This document shows, piece after piece, positions 20,736-31,195 of a stretch of 64,000 bases of DNA. The translations under genes were made by a program, and so were the position numbers. The first letter of the stretch is position 1. Every line of letters starts with the position of its first letter. The stretch covers positions 1,216,001 through 1,280,000 of the forward strand of contig CAWBOS010000010.1 in assembly GCA_963790475.1 (NCBI GenBank), given 5' to 3'. The DNA comes from an uncultured delta proteobacterium. GTDB taxonomy: Bacteria > Desulfobacterota > RBG-13-43-22. The notes below the pieces were generated by a model that was given only the letters and a program-made list of their open reading frames with translations, was not told where the DNA came from and made no database searches.

Positions 20736-21683
20736 ATGAAGAGATACTGGTGGCTGGGATTGCTTTTTATCGCGGTCTTATTCCTTCCCTTGATGGTCGG
20801 GGAATTCTGGATTCATGTGGCTATTGAAATCCTGGTTTTAGGCCTTTTCGCGTCCAGCTTTAATATGATCTTTGGCTATATGGGTCAGCTTAGTTTTGGC
20901 CATGCGGCCTATTTCGGCGTGGGGGCGTATGCCACGGGTCTGCTTATGGTAAAGGCTTCACTTCCCCTTCCCATCTGTCTGGTCGCTTCCATCATAACAG
21001 CAGGGATATGGGCCTTGATCTTTGGATACTTTTGTGTCCGTCTTACCGGGATCTATTTCGCCATCCTGACCCTGGCCTTCGGCCAACTGATGTACTATAT
21101 CATATTCCAATGGTATTCCTTTACCGGGGGGGACAACGGCCTGCAGGGGATCAATCCCCCGGCTATACTTGTTAGAGCCAATTCCTACTACTATTTTACC
21201 CTCCTTATTGTCACCGCGGCCCTGGTGGTCATGTGGTTTATCAGTAAATCCCCCTTCGGGTATACTATGCGGGCCATCCGGGATAACACTGACCGGACGC
21301 GGTTTATTGGTATCCATGTCCGGAAATACATGCTCATCAACTTTGTGGTGGCCGGGATGTTTGCCGGCTTGGCTGGCGGCCTTTGGGGGCCCTTCAACCG
21401 GAGTGTTGCTCCTGATCTTTGCAACTGGCACCAGTCAGGAATTCCGGTGTTCATGACAGTTATCGGAGGTCCTTTGGGCTTTTTGGGGCCTATGCTCGGG
21501 TCTGTGATTTACACCTTCCTCATGGCCTTTGTCACCGGGTTTACCGAATATTGGCCCCTGGTTATTGGTTTGGTCATTACTTTCGTCGTCCTCTTTGTTC
21601 CCGGCGGAATTCTTGGGTTGGTAGAAGAAAAAACAAAGGGTAGACGGGCCAAGGGACTTGAGGCCGAAAGGAACAAATCTTAG
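20736..21683 (+). CDS. livM: ABC permease, LivM-like
   Basis: [26 protein letters not shown]. Confidence 0.9.
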   Translation: MKRYWWLGLLFIAVLFLPLMVGEFWIHVAIEILVLGLFASSFNMIFGYMGQLSFGHAAYFGVGAYATGLLMVKASLPLPICLVASIITAGIWALIFGYFCVRLTGIYFAILTLAFGQLMYYIIFQWYSFTGGDNGLQGINPPAILVRANSYYYFTLLIVTAALVVMWFISKSPFGYTMRAIRDNTDRTRFIGIHVRKYMLINFVVAGMFAGLAGGLWGPFNRSVAPDLCNWHQSGIPVFMTVIGGPLGFLGPMLGSVIYTFLMAFVTGFTEYWPLVIGLVITFVVLFVPGGILGLVEEKTKGRRAKGLEAERNKS

Positions 21684-21703
21684 AATTATAGAAAGTAGAG
21701 CAT

Positions 21704-22456
21704 ATGGCCGAAGAAGTGATCCTCAGAGTAAAGGGATTGTTCAAGTCCTTTGGCGGGCTTTTGGCCACAAATGATGTTAACCTTGAGATTAAAGCCGGAG
21801 AAATGTCCGCCATTATAGGCCCCAACGGCGCAGGAAAGAGCACTTTATTTAACCTCTTAACCGGATATCATGCCGTCGACAAAGGGCAGGTTTTCTATAA
21901 AGAAAAGAATATTACCAATTGGCCGCCTTATAAGATTGCCCGTCTTGGGATAGCCCGTGCCTTTCAGGTCAGTAATATTTATCCCAAACTGACCACCTGT
22001 GAGAATGTTCGACAAGCAATTTTAACTCAGCAAAAAAAGACACTTAATTTCTTTACCCCCGCCAGGCGGCTGGCCCAAAAAGAGACCCAGGACTTGATTC
22101 AAATCACCGGACTAACCGAAAACGCCGAGATGGTCGCCGGCAACCTTTCTCAGGGAGATAAGAAACGACTGGAATTGGCTATTGCCCTGGGGAGTAAGCC
22201 CGATCTACTTTTTCTGGACGAACCCACCGCCGGCATGTCCGGGGAAGAGACCCACGAAACCATGGAGTTGGTGGCTCGGCTCAACCGGGAAATGGGGTTG
22301 ACTATTCTTTTCACGGAGCATGATATGCCTGTGGTATTTGGGTATGCCCGAAGACTTACTGTTTTACACGCCGGGGCTATTATTGCTGAAGGCACACCGG
22401 AAGAAGTACGGGCCAACGAAGCAGCCCAAAAAATTTATCTCGGGGAGAAAGTATGA
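21704..22456 (+). CDS. livG: ABC ATPase, LivG-like
   Basis: [23 protein letters not shown]. Confidence 0.9.
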   Translation: MAEEVILRVKGLFKSFGGLLATNDVNLEIKAGEMSAIIGPNGAGKSTLFNLLTGYHAVDKGQVFYKEKNITNWPPYKIARLGIARAFQVSNIYPKLTTCENVRQAILTQQKKTLNFFTPARRLAQKETQDLIQITGLTENAEMVAGNLSQGDKKRLELAIALGSKPDLLFLDEPTAGMSGEETHETMELVARLNREMGLTILFTEHDMPVVFGYARRLTVLHAGAIIAEGTPEEVRANEAAQKIYLGEKV

Positions 22457-23160
22457 TTTTGGAGGTCAAAGAGGTCCATACCTTTTATGGGACGAGTCAT
22501 ATCCTTTTTGGGGTTTCTCTTTCCGTGGATCGTGGACAAATTGTCTGCCTTTTGGGGAGAAACGGGGCCGGTAAAACCACCACTATGCGCAGTATCATGG
22601 GTCTAACTGCGGCTCATTCCGGAACTATCCAATTCAAGGGTGAAGAGATAAAGGGGAAGCCTCCCCATTATATAGCTCAGAAAGGGATGGGCTATGTCCC
22701 TGACAATCGGTTGATTTTTCCGGACCTTACCGTCCGCGAAAATTTAGAGATAGCTATCAAGGTTCCCAAAGGGTTTCTGGGAGAATCTTGGACAGTGGAC
22801 CGAGTTTATGAACTTTTTCCTCTTCTTAAAAAATTGGACAAACACTTGGGGGGTCATTTGAGTGGTGGTGAACAGCAAATGCTGACGGTGGGTCGGACCT
22901 TAATGGGAAATCCGGAACTCATTCTTTTGGATGAGCCGGTGGAGGGGTTGGCCCCTTTGGTTGTCAGGGACTTAGGAGAACAAATCCTCAAACTGAAGGA
23001 GATGGGAGAAACCATCCTTTTTTCAGAACAAAATATTAAATTCGCTACCAGGATCGCCGAGAAGGCTTATGTGATTGAAAAAGGTAAAATACGATACGAA
23101 GGAAGTATTGAGGACTTGAAAGCTAACGATGAAGTTCGAAAAAAATATCTAATGATTTGA
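22453..23160 (+). CDS. livF: ABC ATPase, LivF-like
   Basis: GRNGAGKTT, LSGGEQQM, LDEPVEGL. Confidence 0.9.
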   Translation: MILEVKEVHTFYGTSHILFGVSLSVDRGQIVCLLGRNGAGKTTTMRSIMGLTAAHSGTIQFKGEEIKGKPPHYIAQKGMGYVPDNRLIFPDLTVRENLEIAIKVPKGFLGESWTVDRVYELFPLLKKLDKHLGGHLSGGEQQMLTVGRTLMGNPELILLDEPVEGLAPLVVRDLGEQILKLKEMGETILFSEQNIKFATRIAEKAYVIEKGKIRYEGSIEDLKANDEVRKKYLMI

Positions 23161-23365
23161 AGTTTAAGATTTCTAATTGCCTCTTCCTTCAAAACGGAAA
23201 TACTGTTTATTGTTAAGTCAGTGCTTGGCGTTCGGGTAACCTATTTTAATATTTCGTGGTTCTTCTCTTGAACAGGCATGTTAGTTTATCTCAGAAATAT
23301 GGGCCTGGTTGTTTAAGAATAACCGTTTTGAACAACCTCAGATTCAAGAACCACTGACAGGTAAG

Positions 23366-23443
23366 GTAGGTCGGGTTGCGACCAAAGGGAGCTTCCTGAC
23401 AAAATAAGTAGGTCAAGGAACCCAATATAGTGCCCTAACCTAC
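23366..23443. repeat. Degenerate GTAG-type REP doublet (REPIN-like)
   Basis: GTAGGTCGGG ... CCCTAACCTAC inverted ends in intergenic DNA. Confidence 0.4.
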
Positions 23444-23505
23444 GAGCTCGACGGTTTCATTTTCTATGGCCCTCCTGAAGCATGAGGGTATAAAAAGGAC
23501 ATTTA

Positions 23506-25143
23506 ATGCTAAAAAAGGGAAAGACCTACCTGGAGGTATATGATTCCTTCCGTTGGAAAATCCCTAAATATTACAATATCGGGGTGGATATCTGTGACAA
23601 ATGGGCTGACCAAAGATATCGTCTGGCTCTTATTTATGAAGATGAAAAAGGACATGTCGAAAAATACACCTTCTGGGACCTGAAACAGTTTTCCAATCGA
23701 TTGGCCAATGCCTTCCGGGCCTATGGCCTCCAACAGGGAGACCGGGTCGGGATCCTGCTGCCTCAATGCCCGGAAACGGCCCTTTCCCACATCGCCCTTT
23801 ACAAAATCGGAGCAATCGCTGTTCCGTTATTTACCCTCTTCGGTCCGGAGGCTCTGGAATACCGCCTGATCAACAGCAGGGCCAAAGCCATCATCACCGA
23901 CGGTCTGAATCTGGAAAAAGTCCTGGAGATCAAAGACCGGCTTCCGAATTTGGATCATATCATTTGCACCCATCCTTACCACCTCCCGGGGATCATTGAT
24001 TTTCACGATGCTATTGAAAAAGGTTCTCCTTCCTTTTCTCCGGTACGGACCAGGGCCGACGATCCGGCTTTAATTATTTTTACCTCCGGCACAACCGGTC
24101 CGCCCAAGGGGGCCTCGCATGCCCACCGGGTCTTGCTGGGCCACGTCCCGGGGGTGGAGTTCTTTCACGATTTTTTTCCTAAAAAAGACGACCTCTACTG
24201 GACCCCGGCCGATTGGGCCTGGATCGGCGGGTTGATCGACGTCCTGCTTCCCAGTTGGCATCACGGCGTTCCCGTTGTGGCCTTTCGGGCCAGGAAATTC
24301 GATCCGGAACAGGCCTTTTATTTCATCGCCAAATACGGCATACGCAACGCCTTCATGCCGCCTACGGCTTTGAAACTGATGCGTCAAGTCAAAGATCCCC
24401 GAAGCCGTTACGATTATCAAATGCGTACTATCGGTTCTGGCGGGGAGACCCTGGGGGAAGAACTCCTGCAATGGGGCCGGGAGGTCATGGGTTTAACCAT
24501 CAATGAGTTTTACGGACAAACTGAAGCCAATCTGGTCCTGGGGAACTGTTCGGAGATTATGGAGAACAAACGAGGTTCCATGGGTCGGCCCATTCCCGGC
24601 CACCGGGTGGAGGTGGTGGATGAATCAGGGCTGCCGGTTCCGCCAGGGGTGGTGGGAGAGGTGGCGGTCATGAGGCCGGACCCGGTTATGTTTCTGGGTT
24701 ACTGGGACAATCCCAGGGCTACCGAAGAAAAATTTTCCGGGGACTGGTGTCTGACCGGTGATCTGGCCCGCAAAGGTGAGGACGGCTATTTCTGGTTTAT
24801 CGGCAGGAAGGACGATTTGATCACCAGTGCCGGCTACAGGATCGGTCCGGCGGAGATCGAAGACTGCCTGATCAAGCATCCGGCCGTTTCCATGGCCGGG
24901 GTAATCGGCAGCCCGGATGAAGTCCGTGGGGAAATCGTTAAGGCCTTCATCGTGTTGAACCCTCAGTTCGCCCCGGATGAAGCCCTGAAAAAGGATATAC
25001 AGTCTTTTGTTAAAAACCGTCTGGCGGCCCATGAATATCCCCGGGAGGTTGAGTTTATTGCCGAGCTTCCCCTGACGGCCACCGGAAAAATCATGCGTAA
25101 AGACTTACGGAAAATGGATTTGGGAGCAAAACAAAAACTATGA
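23506..25143 (+). CDS. AMP-forming short/medium-chain acyl-CoA synthetase
   Basis: FTSGTTGPPKG, ADWAWIGG, EFYGQTE, GRKDD, TATGKI. Confidence 0.92.
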   Translation: MLKKGKTYLEVYDSFRWKIPKYYNIGVDICDKWADQRYRLALIYEDEKGHVEKYTFWDLKQFSNRLANAFRAYGLQQGDRVGILLPQCPETALSHIALYKIGAIAVPLFTLFGPEALEYRLINSRAKAIITDGLNLEKVLEIKDRLPNLDHIICTHPYHLPGIIDFHDAIEKGSPSFSPVRTRADDPALIIFTSGTTGPPKGASHAHRVLLGHVPGVEFFHDFFPKKDDLYWTPADWAWIGGLIDVLLPSWHHGVPVVAFRARKFDPEQAFYFIAKYGIRNAFMPPTALKLMRQVKDPRSRYDYQMRTIGSGGETLGEELLQWGREVMGLTINEFYGQTEANLVLGNCSEIMENKRGSMGRPIPGHRVEVVDESGLPVPPGVVGEVAVMRPDPVMFLGYWDNPRATEEKFSGDWCLTGDLARKGEDGYFWFIGRKDDLITSAGYRIGPAEIEDCLIKHPAVSMAGVIGSPDEVRGEIVKAFIVLNPQFAPDEALKKDIQSFVKNRLAAHEYPREVEFIAELPLTATGKIMRKDLRKMDLGAKQKL

Positions 25144-25181
25144 TGATGTAACTACGAATCCTGAAGGATTCAGAAAGAGTC

Positions 25182-25258
25182 GTCATCCCGGTGAAAACCG
25201 GGTTCCAGGAGACTCTGAATAATTGAAAGTTCTGGATTCCGGCTTTCGCCGGAATGAC
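25182..25258. repeat. REP-like palindromic element, same family as 6154-6218
   Basis: GTCATCCCGGTGAAAACCGGG ... CTGGATTCCGGCTTTCGCCGGAATGAC. Confidence 0.7.
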
Positions 25259-25324
25259 TCAAAGGATTATTTCCCAACTTATTATTAAGCCGTCAATATT
25301 CAAAAATGCTTTAGAGAAGAATCC

Positions 25325-26872
25325 ATGAACTTGGGAACATTGCTGCCGCGTCAGGCCCGATTTCGTTCGAATCACACCGCCGTGGTTTTTAAGGAGACCC
25401 GCCTGACTTATGAAGAGCTCAACCGAAGTGTCAACCGCCTGGCCAATGTCCTCTGGGATCTCGGGATTCGTAAAGGGGATAAGGTGGCCACTATCATGCC
25501 CAACAGTTTGGAACTGTACGAGACCTATTGGGCCGTGGCCCGAATTGGGGCAGTGGTGGTTCCCTTGAGCCCCTTGCTTCGAGGAACGGGTTTGATCAGC
25601 TTACTGAATGACTCCGACACTCTGGCCCTGATCACCAATAAACAATTTGTAGAAGTTCTTGATCCTATTAAGGATCAATTGCCAGCTATCCAGTCCAACC
25701 GATATCTGTTAACCGACGGAGAAGACCTGCCGGGTTATCAGAGCTATCATCTTCTGAAGGCCCAGGCCAAAGAAGAGGATCCTCCGAAGGTCGAAATTAC
25801 CGACCAGGACCCTTACAATATCATTTACAGCAGCGGGACTACCGGTCTGCCCAAAGGGATCATCCATACCCATTATGTTCGGTCCATGTATGGGATGATC
25901 TTTTCTTCCACTTATCGAATTTCTCCCGAAAGTGTTATTCTCCATAGCGGTTCCATTGTCTTTAATGGGGCCTTTTTAACACTTATGCCGGCCATGTTCC
26001 TGGGGGCCACCTATATCCTGCAGCCCCAATTCGAGACCGAGGCCATGATTGAAACCATTCATAAAGAAAAGGTAACCCATGTGGATGTCGTCCCGGCCCA
26101 GGTTATTGCCTTACTTAACTCCCCTAATTTTTCCCTGAAGACCCTCCAATCCCTGGAAATGTTCATGTCCCTTGGCGCACCTCTGTTGAAGGAACACAAA
26201 GAAGAGTTGAATCGGCGGTTACCAGGGCGGTTTTACGAGCTCTATGGATTGACCGAAGGTTTTGTAACCATCCTGGATAAAAATGATTTCCCGGCCAAAT
26301 TATCATCCGTCGGCTGCTGCCCTCCTTTTTTCGAAATGAAGATAATGAATGATCAGCGTCAGGAGGTGCCAGTCGGAGAGGTGGGGGAGATTGTCGGACG
26401 AGGACCGATCCTGATGCCCGGCTATTATAAACGTCCTGATTTGAGCGAGAAGACCATCATCGGCGGCTGGCTTTACAGCGGCGACCTGGGATATGTTGAC
26501 GAAGAGGGTTATCTGTATTTAGTGGACCGCAAGAAAGATATGATCATCTCTGGAGGGATCAATGTCTATCCCAAAGATATCGAAGAAATCATCGTCCAGC
26601 ACCCGGCGGTACGGGAGGTGGCTGTTTTCGGCATCCCCCATGAAAAATGGGGCGAGACCCCGGTGGCCGCCGTTATTCTTCATCAACCGGGAGAGGTTTC
26701 TGAAGAAGATCTAAAGAGCTGGATCAATGAAAAGGTGGGCGCAGCCTACCAACGGGTTCATCAAGTAGTTTTTAAGGACGACTTCCCGCGAAGCACCGCC
26801 GGCAAGACCCTTAAACGGGTTATGAGGGAAGAGTTCACCGGTGATGGTTTAAAGGGAAGAGTTCACCGGTGA
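25325..26872 (+). CDS. Class I adenylate-forming enzyme (acyl-CoA ligase)
   Basis: YSSGTTGLPKG, YGLTEG, SGDLG, DRKKDMIISGG, STAGK. Confidence 0.92.
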   Translation: MNLGTLLPRQARFRSNHTAVVFKETRLTYEELNRSVNRLANVLWDLGIRKGDKVATIMPNSLELYETYWAVARIGAVVVPLSPLLRGTGLISLLNDSDTLALITNKQFVEVLDPIKDQLPAIQSNRYLLTDGEDLPGYQSYHLLKAQAKEEDPPKVEITDQDPYNIIYSSGTTGLPKGIIHTHYVRSMYGMIFSSTYRISPESVILHSGSIVFNGAFLTLMPAMFLGATYILQPQFETEAMIETIHKEKVTHVDVVPAQVIALLNSPNFSLKTLQSLEMFMSLGAPLLKEHKEELNRRLPGRFYELYGLTEGFVTILDKNDFPAKLSSVGCCPPFFEMKIMNDQRQEVPVGEVGEIVGRGPILMPGYYKRPDLSEKTIIGGWLYSGDLGYVDEEGYLYLVDRKKDMIISGGINVYPKDIEEIIVQHPAVREVAVFGIPHEKWGETPVAAVILHQPGEVSEEDLKSWINEKVGAAYQRVHQVVFKDDFPRSTAGKTLKRVMREEFTGDGLKGRVHR

Positions 26873-26880
26873 TGGTTTAA
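26825..26880 (+). repeat. Perfect 28-bp tandem duplication over the ligase stop
   Basis: AGGGAAGAGTTCACCGGTGATGGTTTAA twice (26825-26852, 26853-26880). Confidence 0.95.
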
Positions 26881-27014
26881 TATGAAGATCGGCCTGACGC
26901 TTAATAATTTATCGGCCTTTTTTCTTGACATCTCTAACTGATTTTATTAGAAACCTAATAATATTATTAATATTTTTTGGAGATAAACATTCAAAATATT
27001 AAGGAGGGACTGTA

Positions 27015-28238
27015 ATGAAAACAAAAGGATTCATTGGGTTATTGTTGGCAGCATTTGTAATCGGCCTGTTTTTTGTAGCTGCGCCTGTCAAAGCGGCGGA
27101 GCCGATTAAAATAGGCACGATTTTGCCCTTATCCGATGCCACGGGTAAGGACGGGGTTCGGTCAATGCAAATGGCCGTAAAGGAAATCAACGCCAAAGGC
27201 GGTCTCCTGGGGCGTAAGGTAGAGCTGATCGTTATTGACGACGAAATGAAGCCCGATAAGGGGGCAGCCGCTTTGGATAAATTGGCCACTGTGGATAACG
27301 TTGATATATTGGTCGGCGGTATGTCCTCAGCCGTAACTATGGCCTTGATTCCCGGTATGAAAAAATACGGCAAAATCACCGTCTGGTGCGGCGGTGCCTC
27401 GGGCAGAATTGAAGAGGCCATGGCCGGCCAGGATTGGTTCTTCCATCTGCACACCTGGGATTATCAGCAGGGCGCCATGTATGAAGTGGGCTGGAAAGAA
27501 ATGATGCAGAAATATCCCCAAGTCAAGAGGAATAAGGTCTTCTTGGCCTATGAAGAAGGTGCCTTTGGTGCCAACAGTTTTAAGGCCAGTAAACCCTTGG
27601 CCGAGGCCAATAAGTATGAGTTGCAAGGCGAAGCCTTTAAGAGTGCCGCACTGGGCGGCGGCGATTATCGTTCCGTATTGCGTCATGCCAAAGAATATAA
27701 CCCGGATCAATTTGTTTGGGCAGGTTACGATAAGGACGCCTTACCGATGTTGGAACAGGCCAAGGAAATCGGCTTTGTCCCGCCAATGTATATTGGCGCT
27801 CCTCCGGCCTGGCCCGTTGATTTTGCCAAGTCACCCCTCAATGAAGGGGTGGTTTTTTACAGCATGTGGAATGAAGTCATGAGAAACGTGAGTAAGCCCA
27901 GCAAGGCCTACTCCGACGCTTTCCATAAAGCCTACAACGATTCTCCGACTACTTATTTTGGTCCCCTGGCCTACACCAATATTATGATTGTTGCCGAAGC
28001 GATTAAAAGAGCACGTTCTTTGGATAAGACCGCTTTGATTAAAGCTCTGGAAGCAACCAGTTACGACTCCCCCACCGGAGATAAATTTACTTTCGGCAAG
28101 AGCGCGGTGATCAGCCACCAGGCTGATCCGACTCTGAAGTTTATGCAGTGGCAAAAAGGGAAAGTGGTCGTTCTTTGGCCTTTTAAAGTGGCAACCGGGA
28201 AATTGATGTATCCCTTTCCAGCCTGGAACAAACGCTAA
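27015..28238 (+). CDS. Liv/HAAT ABC substrate-binding protein
   Basis: AAGGAGG RBS, signal peptide, AVKEINAKGGLLGRKVEL. Confidence 0.9.
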   Translation: MKTKGFIGLLLAAFVIGLFFVAAPVKAAEPIKIGTILPLSDATGKDGVRSMQMAVKEINAKGGLLGRKVELIVIDDEMKPDKGAAALDKLATVDNVDILVGGMSSAVTMALIPGMKKYGKITVWCGGASGRIEEAMAGQDWFFHLHTWDYQQGAMYEVGWKEMMQKYPQVKRNKVFLAYEEGAFGANSFKASKPLAEANKYELQGEAFKSAALGGGDYRSVLRHAKEYNPDQFVWAGYDKDALPMLEQAKEIGFVPPMYIGAPPAWPVDFAKSPLNEGVVFYSMWNEVMRNVSKPSKAYSDAFHKAYNDSPTTYFGPLAYTNIMIVAEAIKRARSLDKTALIKALEATSYDSPTGDKFTFGKSAVISHQADPTLKFMQWQKGKVVVLWPFKVATGKLMYPFPAWNKR

Positions 28239-28256
28239 ATACCTTAGAACAAAAAT

Positions 28257-28345
28257 GGGTTCGAGGGTTCCGGGGTTCAAGGGTTCAAGGGTTAATAATT
28301 CCATGCCTTTCACTTGCCCCCTTGATCCCTCGGCCCCTTGAACCC
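28257..28345. repeat. Inverted arrays of GGGTTCAA-like octamers
   Basis: GGGTTCGA GGGTTCCG GGGTTCAA GGGTTCAA ... TTGCCCCC TTGATCCC TCGGCCCC TTGAACCC. Confidence 0.7.
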
Positions 28346-28376
28346 TTTATAAGTTCAACCCAAGGAGGCAAAACCG

Positions 28377-29162
28377 ATGTCCACAATCACTTCCAACCAC
28401 ATCCATCTGTATTATGAAGAACACGGCCATGGTCAACCTCTGGTTTTCATCCACGGACTAGGCTCCAGCACCAAAGATTGGGAGTCTCAAGTGCCTGAGT
28501 TCTCCAAGTCATATCGGGTTGTCACCTTTGACTTGCGCGGTCATGGTCAATCCGACAAGCCCGCCGGTCCCTATCAGATCCCGATCCTGGCGGTTGACCT
28601 GGCCGGCCTGTTCCAAGCGTTGAACATCCCATCAGCCCACCTCGTGGGCCTCTCGCTGGGGGGTGCAGTCGCCTTCCAATTTGCGATCGATTACCCGGCC
28701 AAGGTTAAGACCCTGACCATTGTCAACAGCGGCCCCAGCCTGGGCGGGACCCCGGAACAAGCCCAGCAGGAAGTCGATCGCCGAGTAGGCATCGTCCAAC
28801 AGCTTGGGATGCGAGCCATGGGCGAGGCCTTAGCCCCAACTCTGTATCCGAACCCGAAGCAGGCCACTTTACGCGAAACCTTTATCAAACGGTGGGCGGA
28901 AAATGATCCGCGGGCCTACATTGAGGCCACCCGCTCGTTGCTGGGCTGGAATGTGGAGGGTCAACTGGGGACGATTAAGTGTCCCACACTGATTTTGGCG
29001 GCGGATCAGGATTACACTCCGGTGGCAACGAAAGAAGCTTACGTTAAGCTGATACCCCACGCTCGACTGGTTGTGATCCCGGAGGCTCATCATGCAACTC
29101 CGCTTGAACAACCGGAGAAATTCAACACGGCCTTGAGAGAATTCCTGGATCAGTATCGCTGA
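28377..29162 (+). CDS. Alpha/beta hydrolase (3-oxoadipate enol-lactonase-like)
   Basis: IHGLG, DLRGHG, nucleophile elbow GLSLGG, catalytic His in AHH. AAGGAGG RBS. Confidence 0.9.
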   Translation: MSTITSNHIHLYYEEHGHGQPLVFIHGLGSSTKDWESQVPEFSKSYRVVTFDLRGHGQSDKPAGPYQIPILAVDLAGLFQALNIPSAHLVGLSLGGAVAFQFAIDYPAKVKTLTIVNSGPSLGGTPEQAQQEVDRRVGIVQQLGMRAMGEALAPTLYPNPKQATLRETFIKRWAENDPRAYIEATRSLLGWNVEGQLGTIKCPTLILAADQDYTPVATKEAYVKLIPHARLVVIPEAHHATPLEQPEKFNTALREFLDQYR

Positions 29163-29252
29163 ATGCCGCCCAACGAGTGCGGCACCGAAAAACACCGGTT
29201 GGTTTCCACCTGGCTTGTCAATGGTCGATAGATTATTGTTAGACCACAGGGT

Positions 29253-29289
29253 AGTTCCTTGCGGACCGCAGGCCCGCAAGGAACTTTTT
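29253..29289 (+). terminator. Strong hairpin with T tail upstream of the permease
   Basis: AGTTCCTTGCGG-N9-CCGCAAGGAACT-TTTT. Confidence 0.6.
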
Positions 29290-29309
29290 ATGGTTGGGAT
29301 AAAAAGGTT

Positions 29310-30254
29310 ATGACCAATTCAATAGTCCATAAGTTCAAACAAAGAAATTTTCTTATCGGCTTTATCATCATACCTGTCGTCCTGATTCTGTTAGGGATAT
29401 ATAAACCTTATGTTCTTGTTGAAGGTCTGCAAAGATCGTGTTTGTATGCCTTAATTACTCTGCCGATGGCCCTTCTTTTAGGTGTTGTCGGAATCATCAA
29501 TCTGGCCCACGGCGATTACATGATGATCGGCGCCTATTTCGCCTACTGGCTGAATGTGCAATTCGGCATCGATCCCCTGGTGGCCATTATTCCCTCGTTA
29601 GCGGTATTCTTCATTTTTGGCATTATTTCTTATTATATCACTTTCAAGCATGTTATCGGAGCTCCCGAGCTTAACCAGCTGCTTCTGGGTTTCGGTCTCT
29701 CTATGGTTCTGGGACAGGGCGTAACTTTGGTGGCCACCAATGCGCCGCGTAAAATCAGTTTGGATTACGTTTCTTCTTCGATAAATATCGGGAGTTTTCA
29801 ATTTGGGACCTTTGAATTCATCTATGTTGCCGGAGCGATTATAGTACTTCTTGGCCTGCAATTATTTCTAAAAAAAACCAGGACCGGACAGGCGGCCTTG
29901 GCCGTAGGACAGAATCCCCGGGGGGCCAAGATTGTCGGAATTAATATAGGCTGGATTTACCTGTTCGTTTTCGCCTTGTCCATAGCTCTAATCGGCGCTA
30001 TCGGCCCGATGTTCGGAACAAGAAATACGATCTTCCCGGAAGTCGGCTTGGCCTTCACGCTGAAATCATTTGCCCTTATTGCTGTTGCCGGTATCGGTTC
30101 TCTTACCGGTGTCTTATGGGTAAGCCTGATTTTGGGTGTTTCCGAATGCCTGGTTCTTTCCTCGATCAGATATGCTAAATGGTCGGAGATTATCTTTTTT
30201 GCGCTAATCATTGGGGTTATTATGTATAGATCCCATCAAAGGCAGGTAAAATGA
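29310..30254 (+). CDS. livH: ABC permease, LivH-like
   Basis: GVVGIINLAHGD, VGQNPRGAKIVGI. ATG at 29310. Confidence 0.88.
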   Translation: MTNSIVHKFKQRNFLIGFIIIPVVLILLGIYKPYVLVEGLQRSCLYALITLPMALLLGVVGIINLAHGDYMMIGAYFAYWLNVQFGIDPLVAIIPSLAVFFIFGIISYYITFKHVIGAPELNQLLLGFGLSMVLGQGVTLVATNAPRKISLDYVSSSINIGSFQFGTFEFIYVAGAIIVLLGLQLFLKKTRTGQAALAVGQNPRGAKIVGINIGWIYLFVFALSIALIGAIGPMFGTRNTIFPEVGLAFTLKSFALIAVAGIGSLTGVLWVSLILGVSECLVLSSIRYAKWSEIIFFALIIGVIMYRSHQRQVK

Positions 30255-31171
30255 AGTCCTGGAAATATTTAATTTTTGCTGTTGGTGTGCTGATAGCGAT
30301 TTCACTTCCCAGGTTTCTGAGTGTTTATCATCTGCAAATGCTGAACATTATTTTGATTTATATGGCCTTGGCCTTGAGTTGGGATATATTGCTGCGATCC
30401 GGCATGATGTCCTTGGGTGTAGCCGGTTTTTGCGGAATAGGCGGTTATTCGGCGGTGCTTTGCACGACCAATCTGGCCTTAAACCCTTTGGTCGGGATTC
30501 TTATCGGTTCTATAATCGCAGCCATCATTGCCCTTCTGGTTGGCTATTCGGTGTTGCATTTAAGGGCCATGTACTTTGCCATAGTGACTCTGGCCGTAAC
30601 CGAAATATTCCGAATCCTGGCGCGTAACCTGGAATTTACCGGCGGGCCGGAAGGGATAATTTTACCCAATGCCATATTTAAAGGCGATGCGGGCGGCACT
30701 TACTGGTTAATGTTGACCATCGGTGTTTTTACGATCATTCTCTCCTGGCTTTTCCAGAAGACCAGAGTTCACTTTGCGCTGACCGCTATTGCCAATGATG
30801 AAATAGTAGCTTCCTCCGCCGGAATAAACATTTTTAAATATCTGGTGGCCATATTTGTGGTTACTTCGGCCATTCAAGCTCTGGTTGGCGGCGCCTACGC
30901 TCAGATTTACGGGTTTGTCGAGCCTAATACCTCCTTCAGTGTGAATTTTGTCCTTTTGCCGATTACCATGGTTTTACTGGGCGGGACAAATTCAACCTGG
31001 GGACCGGTGATCGGCGCCGTGATACTAAGTGTAGTTGCGGAAGCCTTAAAGCTGAAAATTCCCTATGGTCATTTGTTTATTTACGGCCTTATTATGATCA
31101 TGGCCATCATCTGGTTCCCCGGAGGACTTATCGGTATTTTGAAGAAGGGCACGGCAAAAGTTCCTCATTAA
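30251..31171 (+). CDS. livM: ABC permease, LivM-like
   Basis: SGMMSLG, TGGPEG, LLGG..S.WGP. Confidence 0.88.
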   Translation: MKSWKYLIFAVGVLIAISLPRFLSVYHLQMLNIILIYMALALSWDILLRSGMMSLGVAGFCGIGGYSAVLCTTNLALNPLVGILIGSIIAAIIALLVGYSVLHLRAMYFAIVTLAVTEIFRILARNLEFTGGPEGIILPNAIFKGDAGGTYWLMLTIGVFTIILSWLFQKTRVHFALTAIANDEIVASSAGINIFKYLVAIFVVTSAIQALVGGAYAQIYGFVEPNTSFSVNFVLLPITMVLLGGTNSTWGPVIGAVILSVVAEALKLKIPYGHLFIYGLIMIMAIIWFPGGLIGILKKGTAKVPH

Positions 31172-31195
31172 TTAAATAACGATAGGGATTAATAA

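Noticed and set aside
26925-26953. Sigma70 promoter for the third Liv operon
   Set aside because: Perfect TTGACA but a poor -10 (TAGAAA) at 17 bp; not enough support to list.
28257-28345. Possible CRISPR array
   Set aside because: Units are 8 bp with no spacers and are inverted; no cas genes in the window.
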